A DNA stretch of 64,000 nt. It comes from Patescibacteria group bacterium. GTDB lineage: Bacteria; Patescibacteriota; Microgenomatia; UBA1406; GWC2-37-13. The stretch lies in contig JAVHSH010000023.1 of NCBI GenBank assembly GCA_036172095.1, forward strand, positions 957 through 64,956, read 5' to 3'. The number at the start of each line of letters is the position of its first letter. The first letter of the stretch is position 1. Below the pieces are notes generated by a model. That model was not told where the DNA came from. It did not search any database and saw only the letters and a list, made by a program, of their open reading frames with translations. Of the stretch, positions 1 to 9,075 are shown in pieces. The position numbers were made by a program, and so were the translations under genes.

Positions 1-574
1 CCGTAAAACCTCTTGTCTTACATGCTATCATATCCACGCTGTCAATAGCAACTGTTTCCACCTGATATCCCTCATCAACGAGCACTTTCAGGAATACTAA
101 AGTTTTCTGAATTTGAGCATAGGAAACGACTTGTCCGACCTGATATTCATTATGCCGAATCGGTTGATAAAAACTGATTTCTGGACTAGGCGCAGGACCA
201 TTTCGCTCTTTCTTAAGGACTATTCCCTTTTGCGAAACGCTTATATATCCCCCATCGGTCAGAATGGATGCGAATGGTTTTTCAACAAGGAGGTACAACA
301 TCAATGTGTTGGGATACTGTCTATCGATACGAGTGATGGTGAGCATCGGAAAGCGGTCAATGATATGGCTCACAATGTCCTTGTCTTGGAGGAACAGGAG
401 GTTCTTTTTCATAAAAAACGTCTCTATTACTTTTTTTTCCTCAGCGCTCGAACCAATCACCAACACTTTTTGGATTTTGAAGGACGAGTTAAAATAGAAC
501 AATACAAAAAAACCGAGCACTGCCCCGCAGATAAAAAGGAAGCTACGCGTGTAAAATTGTTTTGACAAGTGCAT
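1..574 (-). CDS. ftsQ: FtsQ/DivIB-like cell-division protein (3' end cut by window edge)
   Basis: Absent from the ORF track because no stop lies inside the window. Manual minus-strand translation from the ATG at 574-572 gives MHLSKQFYTRSFLFICGAVLGFFVLFYFNSSFKIQKVLVIGSSAEEKKVIETFFMKKNLLFLQDKDIV..., i.e. one TM helix followed by a POTRA-like segment. I checked every codon of this frame down to position 2 and found no stop. The gene lies directly downstream of murG, as in dcw clusters. Confidence 0.55.
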   Translation of the reverse strand, partial: MHLSKQFYTRSFLFICGAVLGFFVLFYFNSSFKIQKVLVIGSSAEEKKVIETFFMKKNLLFLQDKDIVSHIIDRFPMLTITRIDRQYPNTLMLYLLVEKPFASILTDGGYISVSQKGIVLKKERNGPAPSPEISFYQPIRHNEYQVGQVVSYAQIQKTLVFLKVLVDEGYQVETVAIDSVDMIACKTRGFT

Positions 575-1655
575 GCGCAGCATCACGTTTGAGTTGAAGT
601 GGTAACGAAGAAAAGGCACGTTTATATGACAGTTTTTTCTTGTGCATTTCTTGGATAAGGTTAAGAAGTCCACTGCTCGCATTCTTCTGATCGAACTGCT
701 CACCTATATGGTGTTCCGCAAAATAATCCGCATGGGCTTTTTGCTCGCCATTCGCGGACCAAGGCAATGGGATAAATAACGCAGGTTTTTGGAGTGCAAT
801 GAGCTCAAAAAATGTGTTTGCGCCAGCACGACCAATAACAAACTCCGTGTTCTTATATACAGACCCAATGGCAAGCTCCGAAATGTGCGAAATGGGGACA
901 TACCGATTCGGATACTGTTTTTTGTATTGGGCGGCAAGACGAGTTGCAATCTCAAAATCGTTATACTCCTTGATGTCGCCTGTCTGATGGATAATCGTGA
1001 AATGGAGTAAAAGTTCCGGAAGAAGTGTAAATATATGGCTATTGATACTGTGGGAACCAAGAGAACCTCCGGTCACATAGATAAGCGGCGCGGTCTCATC
1101 CAAAACGAATGGAATGTCATTTGTTTCAAATACAACTTCCCTGACTGGATTGCCAATCCACTCTGTTTTGCCCACAGGAAACTGTGGAAGAACTGACTCA
1201 AAAGCGACGAATATCTTCCTCGAAAAAAATCCTATGATTTTGTTAGCTGTTCCGGGTTTCATCGTCTGTTCATGAGTGAACACTTTTTTGCCTAAGAACC
1301 ATCCCCAAAAAGCAAGCGGAAGCGCTAGATATCCCCCAAATGAGATGATGGCGTCAGGATTTTCCTGCAAAAGAATAAAAAGACCTTGTATGAAACCGTA
1401 GGGAACATTGAGTAAGCCCAGGAGGCTTGATCTCGTCATAAGACGGGTCACTCGACCTGCCTGAAGCTCAAGAAACCGAATTCCTCTGAGTTGGCAGCCT
1501 TTATATTCATAGGAAAGAGTCCTTTCTGATTCAATGGCATATTTTCTCCCCACAAAGACGAGACCGATATGTGGATATTCTTTTTTCAATACGTCCACGA
1601 CAGCGAGCGCCGGCGTTGGATGTCCACCACAGATAAGAATCTTTTTCATATACAT
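543..1655 (-). CDS. murG: MurG, UDP-GlcNAc:lipid I N-acetylglucosaminyltransferase (GT28)
   Basis: N-terminal MKKILICGGHPTPALA G-loop, GGSLGSHSIN, and GRAGANTFFELIALQKPALFIPLP. The track start at 1658 is a TTG; the ATGs at 1655 or 1649 are more likely. Confidence 0.9.
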   Translation of the reverse strand: MYMKKILICGGHPTPALAVVDVLKKEYPHIGLVFVGRKYAIESERTLSYEYKGCQLRGIRFLELQAGRVTRLMTRSSLLGLLNVPYGFIQGLFILLQENPDAIISFGGYLALPLAFWGWFLGKKVFTHEQTMKPGTANKIIGFFSRKIFVAFESVLPQFPVGKTEWIGNPVREVVFETNDIPFVLDETAPLIYVTGGSLGSHSINSHIFTLLPELLLHFTIIHQTGDIKEYNDFEIATRLAAQYKKQYPNRYVPISHISELAIGSVYKNTEFVIGRAGANTFFELIALQKPALFIPLPWSANGEQKAHADYFAEHHIGEQFDQKNASSGLLNLIQEMHKKKLSYKRAFSSLPLQLKRDAAHALVKTILHA

Positions 1656-1701
1656 CAATTCTAAGACACTAATGGCAAATTACAAATGACAAATACCCAT
1701 T

Positions 1702-2790
1702 TTATTCAATCCTCGTCTGTCTGGCAATATTCAAAATGATTCCCATAAGCGAAAAACAGAGAAGCAAATTCGTCCCTCCATAGGAAACGAAAGGGAGCGG
1801 GACTCCTGTTAGTGGAATGATATGAACCATACTCCCCAAATTCACCAACGTCTGCAGGCCAAAAAACGAGAAAATACTTCCTGCAAGCAGCCTTCCATAC
1901 CTATCTGGGGCTTTCTCAGCGATTCGGAATATATACAGTATCAACAGCACAAATGCGCCTATGAACATGACGCTTCCGATGAAGCCCACTTCCTCCCCCA
2001 CTATCGCAAAAATCGAGTCGGTGTGCGCTTCCGGAAGAAAGAGGTGTTTCTGTTTTGAGGCGCCAAATCCTCGTCCAAATAGTCCCCCATTCGCAAGCGA
2101 AATCTGGATTTGATTGATGTGATATGTTATGCCAAGAGGATCGACTGTCGGATCAAAAAATGCGGTAAGCCTTTTTAGTCTATATGGAGCAAGCCATGCT
2201 AGGGAGAAAAAACCAGTGACCGCAACAGGAACCAATAAAAATAAATATTTCAACTCCACGCCAGCCAAGAAATAGGTTGCGATGCTTATGCTGAATATTA
2301 TTGTTGCCGTACCCATATCTGGTTGTAACATGATGAGGAAAACTAACAACCCAAGCAATAAGACAAAGGAAAAAAATCGCTTTCGTTCTTTCGTGAGGAA
2401 CCAAGATGACAGATAGATTATTGTCGTTATCTTTGCGATTTCCGATGGTTGGAAACCAAATATCCACCTTCGTGCTCCGCCAATCTTCATCCCAACTCCT
2501 GGAATCAATACTAAGAACAAAAGAGAGAGCGATGCAAGCATCATGAAAAACGCAAAATAATACCATTTGTGATAGTCAAGAAGGGATAGGAGAAACATTG
2601 CCACTCCTCCAAGCAAAATCCAAAGCGCCTGAACTTTCAGATAATGGAAGCTATCACCATATTCGCCGAACGCGCGGACGTATGACGCTTCGAATACAAA
2701 AAAAAGACCACTCACCGCCAAAATGAATGGCAGCGTCATGAGTGTCGTGAGAATCTTATTCCTTTTTGACTGATGTTGATGCTCCGCCAT
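1702..2790 (-). CDS. ftsW: FtsW/RodA (SEDS family) peptidoglycan polymerase
   Basis: Multi-TM protein with FQPSEIAKI, LQPDMGTATI and PFVSYGGTNLL motifs. The ATG at 2790 (MAEHQHQ...) or 2739 is preferred over the 2922 start, which would run deep into murD. Confidence 0.85.
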   Translation of the reverse strand: MAEHQHQSKRNKILTTLMTLPFILAVSGLFFVFEASYVRAFGEYGDSFHYLKVQALWILLGGVAMFLLSLLDYHKWYYFAFFMMLASLSLLFLVLIPGVGMKIGGARRWIFGFQPSEIAKITTIIYLSSWFLTKERKRFFSFVLLLGLLVFLIMLQPDMGTATIIFSISIATYFLAGVELKYLFLLVPVAVTGFFSLAWLAPYRLKRLTAFFDPTVDPLGITYHINQIQISLANGGLFGRGFGASKQKHLFLPEAHTDSIFAIVGEEVGFIGSVMFIGAFVLLILYIFRIAEKAPDRYGRLLAGSIFSFFGLQTLVNLGSMVHIIPLTGVPLPFVSYGGTNLLLCFSLMGIILNIARQTRIE

Positions 2791-4009
2791 AATCACGAAC
2801 GAATGTTTGAAATAAATCACCTTTTTCCTCGAAGTTCTTCCAGAGAGAATAGCTTGGTGATGCTGTCGAAAGAATACAAACACTTCCTTTTTTGCTATTT
2901 TCAAAACAAAATGAAACCGCATCTTTCATATTGTCAGTTTCCAGATAGGTTGGGTAATAATCCTCCATTTTCAATAGGACTTGTTTTATCTTAAATCCCG
3001 TTTGTGGAAATAAAACTATATTTTCTACTTTTTTTTCTTTTAGTACCTCGACAAGGCTCCTGAAGTCATATCCTCTATCTTGACCGCCAAGCAAAATTGT
3101 GTCAATATTTTTTATGCTATTGAGAGCTGCTATCGTTGACTGCGGTGTCGTTGAAATAGCATCATCATAAAACGTTATCCCATTATAGGTCCCTATGTTC
3201 TGCAAACGATGAGGAAGAGGAGTGAATGCATAAAGTGCCGTCTGAGCCTGTTCATCCGTAACGCCAAACATACGAGCAACCGTAAGTGCTCCTTGAATAT
3301 TCCTTTTATTATGGTTACCAAGCAATGGAATTTTGGACTGCTCAAACAGAAATTCGTCCGTATATGGAATGGTTTTTGCTTTTGTGAGATTTACCCAGCT
3401 CGCGACTTCTTTTTCCTGAGGGTCGAAGATGAAAAAATCGGCATCAGACTGAAAATAAAGGCTGTTCTGTTTTGCTTTTTTATATGCTTGAAACGTCCCA
3501 TGGAAATCAAGATGTTCTGGATACCAGTTGACGATAATTGTTATATGAGGAGAAAAGTAGAGGTCAGATAGCTGGTAGCTTGAAAGCTCGATGACGGCAA
3601 TCGTTTCCTTCGTCGCATCAATAAGCCCATCAAGCATCGGATTGCCTATATTCCCAATCAAACGGACATCTGTTTTATTCTGTTTGAGGAGTGCAGCTAT
3701 AAGGCTAGCTGTGGTGCTTTTCCCTTTTGTTCCGGTGATGCCGATAGTCGTCCCGACAAAATTACTGAAAAATATGTTTGCCGCTGTCGTCCACTTTTGG
3801 AAAACCTGCTCGACTCTCACTCCCGGCGAACGAACAACCAAATCGACATCTTTTTGCTTCAGCAAATAGTTTTCGTTGTCTTTTTTATCTGCGATGCTTA
3901 TCTGTGCGGATGGGACATTCAGCTTCAAAAACCGTTCAACTGAATGACCCTCTTTGCCGTATCCAAGAATAAGGATTTTTTTGTATTTTTTTAGCTCTTC
4001 TATTGTCAT
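2756..4009 (-). CDS. murD: MurD-family UDP-MurNAc-L-Ala:glutamate ligase (D-Glu or L-Glu specificity undetermined)
   Basis: Mur ligase P-loop GITGTKGKSTTASLIA, HNKRNIQGAL, and DDAISTTPQST. The ATG at 4009 overlaps the upstream gene's stop as ATGA. Confidence 0.85.
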   Translation of the reverse strand: MTIEELKKYKKILILGYGKEGHSVERFLKLNVPSAQISIADKKDNENYLLKQKDVDLVVRSPGVRVEQVFQKWTTAANIFFSNFVGTTIGITGTKGKSTTASLIAALLKQNKTDVRLIGNIGNPMLDGLIDATKETIAVIELSSYQLSDLYFSPHITIIVNWYPEHLDFHGTFQAYKKAKQNSLYFQSDADFFIFDPQEKEVASWVNLTKAKTIPYTDEFLFEQSKIPLLGNHNKRNIQGALTVARMFGVTDEQAQTALYAFTPLPHRLQNIGTYNGITFYDDAISTTPQSTIAALNSIKNIDTILLGGQDRGYDFRSLVEVLKEKKVENIVLFPQTGFKIKQVLLKMEDYYPTYLETDNMKDAVSFCFENSKKGSVCILSTASPSYSLWKNFEEKGDLFQTFVRDYGGASTSVKKE

Positions 4010-5202
4010 ATGAATAATTTCAAATCAAACTCACCACGCTTCCTAATCATTGTTATGGCTTCCTGCACTTCCTCAAAAGTCCCCACGCATTCAAACGGCT
4101 TCAAACCACCCCGCCCTTGCAAATCCTTAAATGTTCTACTTAACAACTCATCCTCGAACATATTCTTACCGAATAATGAAATCACTTCAACCTTCGGCAG
4201 ATAAGCCGCGAACATAATGAATGCGAATGCGCATTTTGGACATGCTCCACACCACTTTTTGTCGTGAAGTTGCTTGGTGATTGAGAAATTCCTATTACAG
4301 CTTGTGATGAGGGGCAAATACTTCGGATATCTTATGCATTCAGCAACAATTTGAAGCTCCGTCAAATGGCGAATCGGTGAATAATAATCAAGACTAGGAC
4401 TTATATTGGCATGCAAGTATCGTCTAAATAAATCTTCAAACTCTTTCGTCTTGCTCCATTGATGATTTATTTTCATGCCGAACAGTTCCGTATTCCCTTG
4501 ATCGGCACTCTTTTCATTCGCAACGACGAATGCTCTGTACCCATATAAATATGATGCAAGAATACCTATCCATGCATATATCATTGAGATAGGAACATGA
4601 CCGTTATAGCGATGATTTTTGGCATCTGCAATAAGGTCTTGATCAATGAAACGATCTATTGTCACTGGTGATATCTCCATTTTCGCAACCAACTCATCAA
4701 CTGCCTGATAGGCATGCTGTGTTTTTATCAGAAGTCCCTCCAAATCCTTCTTTTGTGATTTCAGCATCTCCCATACGACGACTGAGTCCTTTCCTCCTCC
4801 GATACCCACCAGGAGTTTTTCGGATACGGCAGTTTTTTGCGCATGAAATGAGGATTGTTGATTGAAGGGAAAATGGACTAAATTTCTGAAATCAATCTGA
4901 TTTTTGAAATAAAACTCACCCAGTCCTTTCGTATAAATTGTGTCCCAAAATATGGCCTGTTCCTTCGAAAGAGCACCGCTTTTAATTTCGATCTTTTTGG
5001 CACAACTGGCTTTCCAATACGAAATGCCTAAGGCTAAGTGAAGATTGAAAAGTATCGCACGAAGGAGGGAGTCGCCCTTTTTTTCAATGGGCTTTGGAAG
5101 GACAACCCGTTCCTCATATCTCTTTTCTCCCTCTATAAAACGAAAAAGGAGAGTATTCCCGGTTTCATCAATGGAATATGAGTCAAAGACAAAAGAATCC
5201 AT
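4006..5202 (-). CDS. QueC/ExsB-like PP-loop ATP pyrophosphatase-fold protein with extra N- and C-terminal regions; candidate MurL-type UDP-MurNAc-L-Ala-L-Glu epimerase
   Basis: PP-loop-like VGIGGGKDSVVVWE near residue 140. Downstream Cys pattern SCNRN...(14 aa)...CGACPKC resembles the QueC zinc motif SC..CGxCxxC. Its stop overlaps the murD start by 4 nt (ATGA). The ATG at 5202 is preferred over the TTG at 5208. The function call is contextual inference. Confidence 0.45.
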   Translation of the reverse strand: MDSFVFDSYSIDETGNTLLFRFIEGEKRYEERVVLPKPIEKKGDSLLRAILFNLHLALGISYWKASCAKKIEIKSGALSKEQAIFWDTIYTKGLGEFYFKNQIDFRNLVHFPFNQQSSFHAQKTAVSEKLLVGIGGGKDSVVVWEMLKSQKKDLEGLLIKTQHAYQAVDELVAKMEISPVTIDRFIDQDLIADAKNHRYNGHVPISMIYAWIGILASYLYGYRAFVVANEKSADQGNTELFGMKINHQWSKTKEFEDLFRRYLHANISPSLDYYSPIRHLTELQIVAECIRYPKYLPLITSCNRNFSITKQLHDKKWCGACPKCAFAFIMFAAYLPKVEVISLFGKNMFEDELLSRTFKDLQGRGGLKPFECVGTFEEVQEAITMIRKRGEFDLKLFI

Positions 5203-5229
5203 ACACAATTATACTATTTTATACTATTT

Positions 5230-5880
5230 TTACAGCTCCATACTGATGATATGTGGCAGGAATTTGAGGAGGAGAGATGAATATTTTTTATTGGGAGTAA
5301 TCACTTTCAATAATTTATTTTCCTTCAGGAGATATTCGATAAGCGGATAGAAATCGCCATCGCCCGAAACGATAATCGCCTTGTCATAATGAGGAAATTC
5401 TAACATCGTATGGAGTACAAGATCCGCGTCGATATTCCCTTTTGTCACGATGTCCTTATCCTTATATTCGATGACCTTCTTAAAGACACAAATATACCCA
5501 GAGTGTTTCAAATACTCATACAACGGCTTGTTTTCTTCCACATATCCGATAAAAAGGAACGCCTTCGACACACCATGTTTCAATTTCAAATACTGCCTGA
5601 ACTTCTTGAAGTCAAGTTTGCCGCCCTGACTCAATACTCCCTGATTCAAATTCTGACTATCAACAAAAGCATATATAATCGGAGCCCGTGATATCCTTCT
5701 TTGGACAAGAGGTCTTCTGGCAAATCGAGGAGGAATGGTAGAGTACGCCGGCCGACGGCGCGACCTTAAAGGTCGCGGAATATATGGCCCTTTGACAACC
5801 GACCCATTGTTAACCGCTGCAGTTGCTTGCTTTGCTGGGGCTCTCGGCTTTTGGAACAGTGATTTTATGGGATTAAACAT
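5230..5880 (-). CDS. NYN (LabA/DUF88-like) predicted ribonuclease with Arg/Pro-rich N-terminal extension
   Basis: Core IIYAFVDSQNL...FLFIGY...KGNIDADLVLHTM...DKAIIVSGDGDFYPLIEYL matches the NYN/LabA pattern. The first ~70 aa are basic and low-complexity (PRPLRSRRRPAYSTIPPRFARRPLVQRRISR). Confidence 0.7.
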   Translation of the reverse strand: MFNPIKSLFQKPRAPAKQATAAVNNGSVVKGPYIPRPLRSRRRPAYSTIPPRFARRPLVQRRISRAPIIYAFVDSQNLNQGVLSQGGKLDFKKFRQYLKLKHGVSKAFLFIGYVEENKPLYEYLKHSGYICVFKKVIEYKDKDIVTKGNIDADLVLHTMLEFPHYDKAIIVSGDGDFYPLIEYLLKENKLLKVITPNKKYSSLLLKFLPHIISMEL

Positions 5881-6565
5881 AATATTCTTTTACTTTTTGG
5901 AACCATGCGCAAAACGAGCATCCATCTGCGGATTCTGGCAAAGGTCCTTGTAACACATCTATCGCCTTCTGTATTCTATCATTTACTAGTTCTGGATATG
6001 CTTCAAGACGTACTATGTGGTTTATCATGGGGAATCCATTTTTGATTTCCGTGGTCAAATCCGGATAAAAAAAGAGGAGGAATCCATAACCTGCAGGCTC
6101 AAGCCTATTTTTTTGCAGAAGAAATGCATATGCATCAATCTGATTCTGATATGCATTTAAGATATCTTTTTCACGGGGATCACTGCTTGAGGTCTTGAAA
6201 TCGACAGGGATATATTTCCCCTCATAGACAAGACACTCATCCAGTTTCCCATAAAATCCATATTCACTGTTGAATGTGTGGAAATATGTTTCCTTGAATG
6301 GGTTTTGCAACTTACCTTTCAGCGTATCCTCAACAAATGGTGGAAGTGTGCCTTTTTTACGAAATAAATCGAAATATGATTTCAGGACGGTGTCAAATCG
6401 ATTTGCAAGCCGCGACTGTATCCCTTCGGGGTGATAGATTTTATGTTTGTACTGCAGATAAAAACATCTTTTGCATCTCCCCATACCCTCTATCCCCGAG
6501 TGGGAGAGCCATGTCTTTTTCTTTTTTTCCGGAAGGGCAAAAAGAGCCTCTGCTTGTATCTTCAT
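5873..6565 (-). CDS. Cas4/RecB-like PD-(D/E)XK nuclease with four cysteines (putative Fe-S cluster)
   Basis: N-terminal SHSGIEGMGRCKRCFYLQY, GKLD, VDFKTS (D..D/ExK) and QNQIDAYAFLL (QxxxY), plus C-terminal CSFCAW. Overlaps the NYN gene start by 8 nt. Confidence 0.65.
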   Translation of the reverse strand: MKIQAEALFALPEKKKKTWLSHSGIEGMGRCKRCFYLQYKHKIYHPEGIQSRLANRFDTVLKSYFDLFRKKGTLPPFVEDTLKGKLQNPFKETYFHTFNSEYGFYGKLDECLVYEGKYIPVDFKTSSSDPREKDILNAYQNQIDAYAFLLQKNRLEPAGYGFLLFFYPDLTTEIKNGFPMINHIVRLEAYPELVNDRIQKAIDVLQGPLPESADGCSFCAWFQKVKEYYV

Positions 6566-6566
6566 G

Positions 6567-7223
6567 TTATTTTACGAACTTCAAAAAATCTATGAGCGAA
6601 CGTTCAAAATACTTATCGAATATGAGACCTTTCCAAGGACTCTGACTTGATATGATGTTCACGACAACGATGTCCGCATTATTGAAAATGGCAGATTGGA
6701 ACTCCCGCTCATCAATTCCTCCTGCTGCACCCATTTTGATTTCCCATTTGCCTTTAATTTTCGCAATATCTTTATATTGAATAATCTTCCCATATGCATT
6801 TTCCTCATCACGTCCTCTATGTATGAAAACACTGTCGGGAATAACCCGATTTTTCCATATGATACGCATGGGATTTTCCACGTTCATCATATCGACAATG
6901 GACTTCACTTTGTTTTTTTTACAGGTATCGACAAAGAGGGTGAGCGATTCTTTTGTCGCGTTCCCCATTGCTGTGACCGATGTAGCACCTGCTTCAACAG
7001 CCATGGTGACTTCATCCACTGCCCCATCAATTATCTTCATATCAGCACAGATTTCCCCATTCCAATACCGACGCATATCAGCAACGACCTGGATACCGTG
7101 TTTCTTTATGAGTGGAGTTCCTGCTTCAATGATTATGCTTTCTGATTTCGGGATGTAATTGATGACAGAATAAAAGTCAGAAACATCAGAGTTGAATGCA
7201 AGTTGTATGCGACACTTTCTCAT
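6567..7223 (-). CDS. 3-hexulose-6-phosphate synthase / KGPDC-like member of the OMP-decarboxylase suprafamily
   Basis: IQLAFN (vs LQLALD), EAGTPLIK (vs E[IV]GTPxIK), ADMKIID (DxKxxD), VDMM, IHRGRDE and AAGGI align by eye with Bacillus HxlA-type HPS. Confidence 0.55.
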   Translation of the reverse strand: MRKCRIQLAFNSDVSDFYSVINYIPKSESIIIEAGTPLIKKHGIQVVADMRRYWNGEICADMKIIDGAVDEVTMAVEAGATSVTAMGNATKESLTLFVDTCKKNKVKSIVDMMNVENPMRIIWKNRVIPDSVFIHRGRDEENAYGKIIQYKDIAKIKGKWEIKMGAAGGIDEREFQSAIFNNADIVVVNIISSQSPWKGLIFDKYFERSLIDFLKFVK

Positions 7224-7229
7224 CTGTTT

Positions 7230-7973
7230 TTATTTCTTTGCACCAAATGCTTCAAAAAAAGTATTTGGCAATGTCATTATTATTTTTTCTGATGGGTCAG
7301 CTGAGATTTCCTTCAATGTCTGCAATGTACGAAGCTCAAGGGCTCCTTTAGCACTTGAAAGAATCTGGGCTGCTTCCGCAAGCTTCACTGATGCTTCCTT
7401 TTCACCTTCTGCCTTGATGATGCGGGCTTTCTTGTCGCGTTCTGCTTCTGCTTGTTGAGCCATTGCGCGTTTCATGTCTGCAGGAATTTCTATGTTTTGG
7501 ATTTCGATGGCGAGGATATCGACTCCCCATTGATCAGCCGCAACATCAACGATTGATTTTATATGCTCAGCAATTTGAGCTCGTTTTGAAAGGACCTCAT
7601 CAAGCGTAATGCTTCCGATGACATCACGAAGTGCTGTTTGTGCCTTTGCAGAAATCTGGCTTGCGAAATCCTGTACCTTAAACATGGCAACCGAAGGATT
7701 GACGACCTTAAAGCGGACAATCCCATCGACCATACAGGAGACATTATCTCCTGTGATGGCTTCCTGTGTTGGAATGTCCATTACCTGCTCGCGAATGTCA
7801 ACTATCGAAACGGATTCAAGTGGGACAAGTACTATGCTCAACCCAGGATCGATTGTGCGAGTATATTTTCCAAGAAAAAGCACAAGCCCTTTATATCCCT
7901 CTGGAACGACTCTAAAAAATTTGATTAAAAAGACAGCTCCAATAACCAAAACCGGTACGATAAAATATTCCAT
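7230..7973 (-). CDS. SPFH/Band-7 (stomatin/slipin-like) membrane protein
   Basis: N-terminal TM helix, an SPFH core (VPEGYKGLVLFLGKY...VSIVDIREQV...) and a C-terminal AEAERDKKARIIKAEGEKEAS coiled coil. Confidence 0.85.
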   Translation of the reverse strand: MEYFIVPVLVIGAVFLIKFFRVVPEGYKGLVLFLGKYTRTIDPGLSIVLVPLESVSIVDIREQVMDIPTQEAITGDNVSCMVDGIVRFKVVNPSVAMFKVQDFASQISAKAQTALRDVIGSITLDEVLSKRAQIAEHIKSIVDVAADQWGVDILAIEIQNIEIPADMKRAMAQQAEAERDKKARIIKAEGEKEASVKLAEAAQILSSAKGALELRTLQTLKEISADPSEKIIMTLPNTFFEAFGAKK

Positions 7974-8036
7974 AGGTAAGGGATGGTAATTTATATAGTA
8001 CAGTTAGTATACATATACCTTTTTTTAAAGTAAACC

Positions 8037-9074
8037 CTACTTCATGAATGCAATCATGAGTCCAAGCACGGCGAAGAGGATACTAAGAATCCACACACGC
8101 ATGACTATCTTTGGTTCTTCCCACCCTCTGTGTTGAAGGAGAAGATGAAGTGGCGCCACCGCAAAGACTTTTTTCTTCCTGAATTTTTTACTCGATAATT
8201 GGATAAGTGACGTGCTTATTTCCAACACGAATACCCCTCCGATTATGGGAAGTACGAATGCTTTTCCGAGTACAAGCCCGATGACTGCGAATGTCGCGCC
8301 GAACGAAAGTGCTCCTGTGTCTCCGAGCATAATACGTGCTGGCCAGATGTTGAAGTATAAAAACGCGACAAGCCCCCCCAGCCAAACAGCGATAAAAAGT
8401 GCTGTTGGCATATCGATAATAGAACGAGCGATTGCCCAAAATGCCGCGAGGGCAAAAAGCAGAACACCTGATGCAAGACCATCCAGTCCGTCGGTAATAT
8501 TGATTGCGTTTGAAAACGCGACGATGATGAAGGCGGCGAATGGAATATACCAAAGTTGCATGTTATAAACTCCAAGGAAAGGAATATGCATGATATTGAT
8601 CTTGAGCTCAGAGAATAACCAAAAAGCCGCAACGAGCGCAAGGATAATCTCGAGAATCAATTTATGTCTCAATCGTAGTCCAAAAAACTGCGTCTTTTGC
8701 CATTGGAACATTTTTGAAAAATCATCATACAATCCGATAAGTGCAAAGCCCACGAATGAAAACAGTATTATCTTGACTTCTGAACCAAATGCGGGATAGT
8801 TTGCTTGGAATGGCTTACGGATGAACAAAAAGACCATGAGGAAAATCGCGTAGAGAATGATGGTCGTGAGCACGATCAGAATTCCTCCCCCAACAGGGGT
8901 CCCTTGTTTGTGATTGTGTAGTTTGTCGAAAATCGGTGTAGGATTGTTAAACGCATCTTTTGTATGTTGATCTCTCCTCTGGATTTTCAATCGATACAGA
9001 AGGTTTATATAAGGGACAATCAAGAGAAAATTAATGATGAACGCAACGAAGGTGGCAAATAAATATAATGCCAT
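8037..9074 (-). CDS. mraY: MraY, phospho-MurNAc-pentapeptide translocase
   Basis: NAINITDGLDGLA, MLGDTGALSFG and APLHLLLQHRGW motifs; about 10 TM helices. Confidence 0.9.
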   Translation of the reverse strand: MALYLFATFVAFIINFLLIVPYINLLYRLKIQRRDQHTKDAFNNPTPIFDKLHNHKQGTPVGGGILIVLTTIILYAIFLMVFLFIRKPFQANYPAFGSEVKIILFSFVGFALIGLYDDFSKMFQWQKTQFFGLRLRHKLILEIILALVAAFWLFSELKINIMHIPFLGVYNMQLWYIPFAAFIIVAFSNAINITDGLDGLASGVLLFALAAFWAIARSIIDMPTALFIAVWLGGLVAFLYFNIWPARIMLGDTGALSFGATFAVIGLVLGKAFVLPIIGGVFVLEISTSLIQLSSKKFRKKKVFAVAPLHLLLQHRGWEEPKIVMRVWILSILFAVLGLMIAFMK

Positions 9075-9075
9075 A

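Noticed and set aside
113-565. Plus-strand ORFs 113..565 (150 aa, TTG start) and 264..497
   Set aside because: They lie antisense to a continuous minus-strand frame encoding a TM plus POTRA FtsQ-like protein. Their translations are low-complexity with no recognisable motif, so they are shadow ORFs.
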